Positions 25,967 to 32,000 of a stretch of 32,000 nt of DNA are shown here, piece after piece; position 1 is the stretch's first letter; each line of letters opens with the position of its first letter. A program made the translations under genes and the position numbers. The notes under the pieces are model-generated. The model did not search any database. It was not told the DNA's origin and saw only the letters and a list, made by a program, of their open reading frames with translations. Source of the DNA: Pseudodesulfovibrio piezophilus C1TLV30 (GTDB taxonomy: Bacteria; Desulfobacterota; Desulfovibrionia; Desulfovibrionales; Desulfovibrionaceae); assembly GCF_000341895.1 (NCBI RefSeq), contig NC_020409.1:2010001-2042000 (forward strand), written 5' to 3'.

Positions 25967-26292
25967 ATGTCTTGTGCCTCCGGCAGTCCGGGACCACCAT
26001 ACTGGACCCGGAAATATCATGAATTCATTGGTATGGAACAGAGTTGAAAAGCTGCTGAGGGTCTCGCCCGATGACTCTGTTCCGGAATTATCGGGAAGCG
26101 TCACCCCGTACGCATATCCCTGTGCATTCTCGTTTCAATCATTCCGACCCGTTTTCTGCGTTTGTGATCGGGACCGCATGAACGGTCGGAAAAACAACTT
26201 TGCCAAGAGTATTCCCCGGATATGGCTCATACTTCTTGCAGTTGCACGGTCCCCTTGTTAGCGTCGGCCTACCTTTGTCGAGAGAGCCGATC

Positions 26293-27555
26293 ATGTCAAG
26301 CATACATATATATTGGGACGAGTCCCACTTCTGGGGTCTGCTCCTGACGCGGGCTCTTTCCGCTTGGGGAATTCCGCACCGACTGGTACGTGGCCATGAA
26401 ATTGCCGAGGGAGCGCTCTCCGGCGCATCCGACAGCAAGCCGAAACTGCTTATAGTTCCCGGTGGGCGGGCTAAGGGCAAGGCGGACAGACTCGGCGTCA
26501 GCGGCATGGACGCCATTTGCGAATACGTGCATTCCGGCGGCAACTATCTCGGATTTTGTGGCGGTACAGGACTGGCTCTGACCGGTAACTACAGCCTGGG
26601 GCTCTCGCCGTGGGTTCGCAAAGGATACCGGAATCGTCTGCACCATTTCCTTTCAGGTCACGTGGATTCCGTCCTCAAAAACGACCACCCGCTGGTCCCG
26701 AAAGACCTTGACGGCTCAGCCATGCTCCCGGTCTGGTGGCCCGGCCGATTTGATCCCGTGGATGAAAGCGTCACAGTTCTGGCCCGATATGGGACTCCTG
26801 CCCCTGACTTTTGGGTCGCGGACCTGAATCTGGCGACTCTGCCCAAAGGGACCATGGCTGACTGGGAAAACCTGTACGGTATCCACCTCAGCCCGAATTT
26901 TCTCGAGGGACTTCCTGTCGTAACCACCAATGACTTCGGCAAAGGCCGTGTCATATTGAGCTATGCCCACCTCGAAACTCCGGCCTCCCCTCCGGCAAAT
27001 CGCTGGCTGGCGCATATCCTCAGCCAAATTCTGGAAGAACCTGTCGGTGGAGCGGCCGTCCCGGCCTGGGATGTCGCCGGACGCCCAATAGTCTGGGATG
27101 ACCCTCTGTTGATGGAAGCGCGAGAGGCCATGGAGAGCATTATCCTTACCGGCACCAACCACTTTTTGCTCTTCTGGCGCAACCCATGGCTGCTGGGGTG
27201 GCGACGAGGCATTCCGGGCGCAGGCATCAATTCGTTATATTCGCTCATCTGCGAAGCCATGGCTTCCCGACCTGACGATGAAACCCTCGCGTTCTGGGCC
27301 AGCCATAGCGAGACCTTCCGCACCTTGATGCAACTTCTGACAACGGGCCTCACAGGCTACCTGCTCGCCGAACGACTTGCCATGACCGTTTTCCACTCTG
27401 ATCCGGACGCTGTCTCCAAGGAAGGACTGAAAGAACAGCGGCGTGCCCTGTTCGGCATTCCCCCTGAACCAGGCGGCATTTACGCCGACCTCGTGACTCT
27501 CCTTGAGGAGCTCTACTGGCGACTGTCACTCATGCGTACCAGCGGGCACTTATAA
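26293..27555 (+). CDS. BPL_N / class I glutamine-amidotransferase-like domain protein with an uncharacterised C-terminal half
   Basis: The segment KLLIVPGGRAKGKADRLGVSGMDAICEYVHSGGNYLGFCGGTGLAL shows the GATase1-like beta-alpha pattern with a nucleophile-elbow-like GFCGG. I recognise nothing in the remaining roughly 250 aa. The start at 26293 was chosen from conservation logic only, and its SD is weak. Confidence 0.6.
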   Translation: MSSIHIYWDESHFWGLLLTRALSAWGIPHRLVRGHEIAEGALSGASDSKPKLLIVPGGRAKGKADRLGVSGMDAICEYVHSGGNYLGFCGGTGLALTGNYSLGLSPWVRKGYRNRLHHFLSGHVDSVLKNDHPLVPKDLDGSAMLPVWWPGRFDPVDESVTVLARYGTPAPDFWVADLNLATLPKGTMADWENLYGIHLSPNFLEGLPVVTTNDFGKGRVILSYAHLETPASPPANRWLAHILSQILEEPVGGAAVPAWDVAGRPIVWDDPLLMEAREAMESIILTGTNHFLLFWRNPWLLGWRRGIPGAGINSLYSLICEAMASRPDDETLAFWASHSETFRTLMQLLTTGLTGYLLAERLAMTVFHSDPDAVSKEGLKEQRRALFGIPPEPGGIYADLVTLLEELYWRLSLMRTSGHL

Positions 27556-27574
27556 TTGCACCAGACTCTCCCAT

Positions 27575-27604
27575 TTGCCATGGAAGAAGGGGGTGTGCTA
27601 TAAT
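27575..27604 (+). promoter_or_regulatory. Candidate sigma-70 promoter upstream of the FapA/DUF342 gene
   Basis: TTGCCA (27575-27580), an 18-nt spacer, then TATAAT (27599-27604). This would give a leader of about 100 nt containing a small hairpin (27621-27639). Confidence 0.4.
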
Positions 27605-27705
27605 TTGTTCTTGGCGGTGTAGCCGAGGGCAACTCGGTTGGTATATATTTTCAGTAAAATTAGAAGCATAAATGACTGCCCACTATTTCGGGAGTCAATG
27701 CTCCG

Positions 27706-29616
27706 GTGTCATGTATGGCGAATGAAAAGGCCCTGAAAGAGAGTCCTGACGCGCAGTTCCGTTTTGCCATGTCGGAAGACGGCATGAAACTGGGTGTGAG
27801 TCGGTATTTCCCTCCCAACGGAGGTGAAGGGCCTTCGGTAAAACTGCTCTGCCGACAGGTGGCAGAAGCCGGAGTTCGCCTTCCCGTGGACGAAAACGCG
27901 GCAAATCAGGTGATAGCGGCCATACAACGAGATGGTGAAGTCCGCCGTATCGTCCTGGTCCACGGCATCCCGGTTCAAGAGCCCAGACACGCCTCTCTCG
28001 TGGCCTTGGGCAATCTCGAATTCCCCGTTTTCCCCGGCGATCGGTTCGCCCGCAAACATGAGCCTCTCCCAGCCCGTGACGGTGAAACTATCGATGGTCG
28101 AATCCTCAAGCCCAAAGAGGATTTCGAACCCAATGACATCGAAGTCTCCATGGGCGAAAACATCGAACTCGACCCACTGACAGAATGTTACGTCTCCCAG
28201 GTGTGGGGACTGGCCAGATTCCGGGAAGGCACTCTTTCCGTGGATCCGATCCCTTCTATTTCGGAAGATTCCATCGTGGTGAAAGGACCGCTCCACTACA
28301 AGGACTTTCGTGGCCTTGAGATAACACCTGCCAGAATTGAAAAAGAAATGCGCGATCTCGGCGTGGTCATCGATCTTGACCTGGAAAGCTTGAGGGCACG
28401 GCTGGAAGAAGCCAAAAAGACAGAACTCACGCTCTATGACCAGATTTTTGTCCAAGGGGAACACCCTATTCCAGGCCAGGACGGCTGGTTTGAATACCTT
28501 GTTTCCTCCCGCGAAGAGACCGGAATAGAGGATGCGTCGGGCAGGCTCAATTTTCGGGAGCGGGGAGCCTACCCCATGGTAGAACCCGGTCAGATCATCG
28601 GAAGGCTTCACGAACCGACCGCCGGAGAGGGTGGCATAGATATTTACGGCAAAACCATCCCGGCCAGCGGAGGCAATCACCTCCGTGTTCACCTAGGTGA
28701 AAACGTCCTGGTCCATGATGACAAGAAGACTTTTGAATCCAAAGCCAAAGGCATCATGGTCATGGAACGGAATGTCCTTTCAGTGACAGACTGCCTGATA
28801 GTGCCGGGGAATGTGGACCTCAATACAGGGAACCTCAAGGTCGAGCACGGTTCGGTCAGAGTACTCGGTTCGGTCCAGGCAGGATTCGAGGTCTCGGCAC
28901 CCAAGCATGTCGTTGTCGTCGGTTCAGTGGAGAGTGCCACTGTCACAGCCGGAGGAAACGTGGAGGTCATGGGTGGTATTCTCATGCCCGACGGAGGACA
29001 GATCACGGCTGGCGGTGATATCATCGCCAACTACGCCACCAACGCCAAGATAAGCGCAGGAGGCAATATCCATATTGCCAATGACGTGACCAACTCGAAT
29101 ATCAGAACCAAGGGCTACCTGATTGCCATCAGTGGCAAGGGGCATATTCTGGGTGGTGAAATCATTTCCGCCAAAGGCATCGCTGCCAATGAGATAGGCT
29201 CGGAACTCGGCGTCCTCACCACTGTGACTGTCAATATTGAACACGAAGAAGACACGGAACTGCGAGCGCAACGCAGCAAGGTCAAGCAGGCGATCCAACG
29301 CATTGATGAATCCCTCGGCACTGACCCGCCCGAATTCATCCTGCAACGGACCGCACCGGAAAACCGCCCGGCAGTGGCCGAAGTCCTCAAACACAGAATC
29401 ACACTGGTCAAACGTCGCAAGGCCATCAGTGAACAGATCAATCAACTTGCTCTGCAACGTCAGGAGGAACTCGCGGGTATCAAAATCAAGGTCAAAAAGG
29501 CACTCTATCCCGGTGTTACCATCAAGTTCGGCAGACGCGTTTTCAAGATCGATCACTATACACCCGCCTCTGTCATTTACTGGAGCGACCGCCTCCGCGA
29601 GATAGTCTTCGAGTAA
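27706..29616 (+). CDS. FapA (flagellar assembly protein A) / DUF342 family protein
   Basis: N-terminal FapA_N-like pattern (FRFAMSEDGMKLGVSRYFPPNGGEGPS...VAEAGVRLPVDENA). A central beta-helix-like repeat region (GNVDLNTGNLKVE.GSVRVLGSVQAG..., TAGGNVEVMGGI, SAGGNIHIANDV). A C-terminal coiled coil and the YPGVTIKFG ending. The start is GTG at 27706 (GGGAG 11 nt upstream) or ATG at 27715. Confidence 0.8.
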   Translation: MSCMANEKALKESPDAQFRFAMSEDGMKLGVSRYFPPNGGEGPSVKLLCRQVAEAGVRLPVDENAANQVIAAIQRDGEVRRIVLVHGIPVQEPRHASLVALGNLEFPVFPGDRFARKHEPLPARDGETIDGRILKPKEDFEPNDIEVSMGENIELDPLTECYVSQVWGLARFREGTLSVDPIPSISEDSIVVKGPLHYKDFRGLEITPARIEKEMRDLGVVIDLDLESLRARLEEAKKTELTLYDQIFVQGEHPIPGQDGWFEYLVSSREETGIEDASGRLNFRERGAYPMVEPGQIIGRLHEPTAGEGGIDIYGKTIPASGGNHLRVHLGENVLVHDDKKTFESKAKGIMVMERNVLSVTDCLIVPGNVDLNTGNLKVEHGSVRVLGSVQAGFEVSAPKHVVVVGSVESATVTAGGNVEVMGGILMPDGGQITAGGDIIANYATNAKISAGGNIHIANDVTNSNIRTKGYLIAISGKGHILGGEIISAKGIAANEIGSELGVLTTVTVNIEHEEDTELRAQRSKVKQAIQRIDESLGTDPPEFILQRTAPENRPAVAEVLKHRITLVKRRKAISEQINQLALQRQEELAGIKIKVKKALYPGVTIKFGRRVFKIDHYTPASVIYWSDRLREIVFE

Positions 29617-29714
29617 GCTTGAGAGGTGTTCAAGCAGTTCGGGTTGCTCCGTCTCCACCTTTCAGGTTAGGCTCGGTGGAAGGTCACCCGAAAAAACGAT
29701 AAGGAGAAACCGAC

Positions 29715-30032
29715 ATGCCCAACACAGACAGAATCACCACCGTGGACCGCACAGAAATCCTGAAGCGATTCCTCGTGACCTTGGTCTGCCTGATTTTTTT
29801 TGAAGTGACTTCTTTCATGATTCAACTTTCAGTACTGTTTCAGTATGGGTATTTGCTCATCGCCAAGAAACGGAGTGAGCCACTTCGAAATTTCACAAAC
29901 AACCTCTCCCAATATGGCTATAGAATCATGCGGTACGCAACCCTCAATGAAAATCTCCGGCCATTCCCTTTCAACCAGTTCCCCGGCGATTCAGAGTGCG
30001 AACCTCCGGTCAAGCAAGTCCAATTCAAATAG
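29715..30032 (+). CDS. Small membrane protein (possibly DUF4389-like)
   Basis: 105 aa, AAGGAG SD. Two hydrophobic segments (FLVTLVCLIFFEV, FMIQLSVLFQYGYLLIA) are followed by a soluble tail (YATLNENLRPFPF). The family assignment is from memory and is weak. Confidence 0.55.
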   Translation: MPNTDRITTVDRTEILKRFLVTLVCLIFFEVTSFMIQLSVLFQYGYLLIAKKRSEPLRNFTNNLSQYGYRIMRYATLNENLRPFPFNQFPGDSECEPPVKQVQFK

Positions 30033-30126
30033 AACACCGCTGAATTGACAGGAAACACCCCCCGAGATCACGCTCCAAGGGAGCTTTTTGTCCGATTCAT
30101 GCTGCGATCAAGCCCATCAGGATACC

Positions 30127-30405
30127 ATGGAAAACAGCCACAGGTTCTTCAACAACCGGGAATGTCAATATTTCCCATGCCATACAACGGAAAAGCCAAA
30201 TGAATTCAACTGCCTGTTCTGCTTTTGCCCGCTCTATTTTCTCGAAGACTGTGGAGGTCGGTTTCGCCTGCTGGAATCCGGGGTGAAAGACTGCACCCCC
30301 TGCCTGATCCCGCACATGCCCAAAGGATATGACTATATCCTAAAAAAGATACGGGGCAGGATCGACGGTCTTCGCAAGCAGAAGACTGACGAGGAAATGC
30401 TTTAA
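30127..30405 (+). CDS. Cysteine-rich small domain (putative metal-binding) protein
   Basis: FFNNRECQYFPCH...FNCLFCFCPLYFLEDCGGRF...VKDCTPCLIPH matches the pattern I remember for the Pfam cysteine-rich small domain, which is sometimes fused to precorrin methyltransferases. I prefer the ATG at 30127 over the TTG at 30088. Confidence 0.7.
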   Translation: MENSHRFFNNRECQYFPCHTTEKPNEFNCLFCFCPLYFLEDCGGRFRLLESGVKDCTPCLIPHMPKGYDYILKKIRGRIDGLRKQKTDEEML

Positions 30406-30860
30406 GCCGCCTTGTCCCTGTTGAACCGGGTACGGGCTATATAATATTCGAATTCACGGGTCAGACTTTTTTTCTCCTTTGCCAGCTTGTGGGCCTGTAT
30501 CTCCAGTTCCAAATCCTTGCTCTGAAAACGAGCCAGTGAAATATAGGCGTTCTTGACGCGCGACAGCTCATTACCCTGATTTTTCTTCCAATAGAAATAG
30601 GCTAGAATCTTTGCCGCACTCTTGATGTCATCCTTGGTATATGGAAGACGTCGCTCATCAAGAAGAGAGTGTTCGTTTTCATCGTCATTTTCAATGAGCG
30701 GCAACACCTTGAGCATGACCTGTTTGGATCGCTCCAGAGACTCCGAGCTAATACGATACACCGTGTTGCTCCCACGGGATTGCATGTATTTGACGCAGTA
30801 GAGGCCAGCAGTGAGCAAGGCCAGTCCTATCCAGATTTCCGAGTCCAGCATATCCAGCAT
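30402..30860 (-). CDS. Hypothetical N-terminally membrane-anchored protein, 152 aa
   Basis: It has one TM-like segment (IWIGLALLTAGLYCV) followed by a charged helical region. It starts 6 nt after the HD-GYP stop on the same strand. No domain recognised. Confidence 0.55.
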   Translation of the reverse strand: MLDMLDSEIWIGLALLTAGLYCVKYMQSRGSNTVYRISSESLERSKQVMLKVLPLIENDDENEHSLLDERRLPYTKDDIKSAAKILAYFYWKKNQGNELSRVKNAYISLARFQSKDLELEIQAHKLAKEKKSLTREFEYYIARTRFNRDKAA

Positions 30861-30866
30861 GAGTTT

Positions 30867-31997
30867 CTATCTTCGCTTGCGCAGGAATGGTTTCAGGTTG
30901 AGTCTGTAAGCTCCGGGGTCGACACACTCCACTATTTCCAATCCATCTTTCCCCGCATGCCATTGCGTTGCCAAATCCACGGTTTCCGACTGGATAGGCC
31001 GCAAATCCTTATCCAGGATGATTTTAACCTTGGGAAGCAGCGGGTGCATCGGATTGGACTCATACACAAGGGCATGGAATCCGGTATTGAGCCGAACCAG
31101 ACTGCCTGCGGGGAAAATCCCAAGACTCTTGATAAAGATCTGGACCTCCAGGGGATCAAAATCCTGCTCCCGCATACCATACATGAGCGCCAAGGCCCGG
31201 TTGGGCAGGATGGCATCCTTGTAGGCCCGATCACTTGTCAGGGCATCATACACATCGGCCAGACTGATGATGCGTCCCATAGGGGAGGTCTCATTGCTCT
31301 TCAGCCCATTGGGATAGCCGGACCCGTTATATTTCTCATGATGGTCCCGCACGGCGTCTATTATTTCACCGGGAATGGAGAGCTGCTTGCCAAGAATATC
31401 ACATCCGTATTGGGGATGGTGTCTGATCTGGTCAAACTCGGCCTCATTCAGTCTCGCCCGTTTGTTAATAATATTCTCGGGGACCGCTATTTTCCCGAGG
31501 TCGTGCATCATCCCGGCCACCCCAAGGAGCTGAAGCTGTTTTTTCCCCAGACCGAGAAATTCGCCAAAAACCACGGAAATGGCAGCAACATTGATACAAT
31601 GGGTATAGGTATAGTCATCATACCGCGACAGTTTGGAAAGACAGACGAGCGTGTTGGGATTACGGACAGCAGTTTCAACGATGGAATCAATGGTGGCCAT
31701 GGAGGCATCATAATCCACAGCGCGCCCGAGCTTGACATCGCTGACGATACGACGAACGTGCAGCATGGCATTTTCATACGCCATGAACGCCGCCTCTATT
31801 TCCTGCTCAAACGGAACCCGAAATTTGGCCGGACCAGCGTGGTCACACTGAGCCAGAATGGCATCCAGTCCCTTTTCCAAAGAAAGTTCTCCAGGGACTT
31901 CGACCTCGACAAAAGCGTGCTCAAAACCCCTTTCCTTGATCTGTCGAACCTCATCACCAGAGCGAATGATTCCCGGCTGAGTGTAGAGGTTCGGCAT
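30867..31997 (-). CDS. HD-GYP domain c-di-GMP phosphodiesterase family protein (DUF3391-like N-terminus)
   Basis: HD motif GMMHDLGK and the HD-GYP signature HHEKYNGSGYPNG. The N-terminal region (PGIIRSGDEVRQIKERGF..FVEV) resembles the domain commonly preceding HD-GYP. The start codon is 3 nt from the window end. Confidence 0.9.
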   Translation of the reverse strand: MPNLYTQPGIIRSGDEVRQIKERGFEHAFVEVEVPGELSLEKGLDAILAQCDHAGPAKFRVPFEQEIEAAFMAYENAMLHVRRIVSDVKLGRAVDYDASMATIDSIVETAVRNPNTLVCLSKLSRYDDYTYTHCINVAAISVVFGEFLGLGKKQLQLLGVAGMMHDLGKIAVPENIINKRARLNEAEFDQIRHHPQYGCDILGKQLSIPGEIIDAVRDHHEKYNGSGYPNGLKSNETSPMGRIISLADVYDALTSDRAYKDAILPNRALALMYGMREQDFDPLEVQIFIKSLGIFPAGSLVRLNTGFHALVYESNPMHPLLPKVKIILDKDLRPIQSETVDLATQWHAGKDGLEIVECVDPGAYRLNLKPFLRKRR

Positions 31998-32000
31998 GTG

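Noticed and set aside
24728-26047. 439-aa plus-strand ORF antisense to valS. Similar long antisense ORFs occur at 4357-5376 (radA), 6480-7301 (pgi), 13524-14663 (acetyl-CoA synthetase), 14698-15408 (Pta-N), and 27709-28692 and 28924-29658 (FapA).
   Set aside because: Each lies entirely inside a gene whose product carries unambiguous family motifs. Their translations are Arg/Gly/Pro/His-rich and low in complexity, with no motifs or SDs. This is the usual stop-codon-poor shadow frame of GC-biased coding sequence.
1-32000. Defence islands, CRISPR arrays, transposons or IS elements, integrases, prophage genes, toxin-antitoxin pairs, tandem repeat arrays.
   Set aside because: Reading every ORF product and each intergenic region, I saw no nuclease, helicase, RT, transposase or integrase signatures, no spaced direct repeats and no terminal inverted repeats. 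The gene content is housekeeping or regulatory. A repeat finder and a defence-system HMM scan would be the formal check.

Overview
This window looks like ordinary core chromosome from a moderately GC-rich sulfate-reducer-like bacterium. A Desulfovibrionaceae origin is my guess, based on the fused cobA/hemD gene, valS lying next to it, the ADP-forming acetyl-CoA synthetase and the gene content; it is not verified. I call about 27 protein genes. In order they are: a flavoprotein tail, araC-lysE, azlCD with a divergent MocR regulator, radA, pgi, a histidine kinase, an unknown 257-aa gene, a LysM lipoprotein, an isolated flagellin gene, rnc, a fused ADP-forming acetyl-CoA synthetase, a stand-alone Pta N-terminal module, araC plus a monofunctional proline dehydrogenase, a MATE pump, purN, an O-methyltransferase, cobA/hemD, valS, a BPL_N/GATase1-like protein, a FapA/DUF342 protein, two small proteins, and an HD-GYP operon. 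I found no tRNA, rRNA, CRISPR array, IS element, integrase, prophage or recognisable defence genes. I see no clear-cut novel system. The most checkable oddities are: (1) the acetyl-CoA synthetase paired with a catalytic-domain-less Pta module; (2) rnc and that synthetase starting head-to-head 17 nt apart; (3) the tight pgi, orphan histidine kinase and unknown-protein operon; (4) a near-consensus sigma-54 promoter with GGA motifs in front of flagellin; (5) a 454-bp non-coding spacer upstream of cobA/hemD; (6) the FapA/small-protein/HD-GYP neighbourhood, where two convergent genes overlap at their stop codons. All family calls rest on motifs I recognise by eye. No database search, HMM or folding calculation was run.
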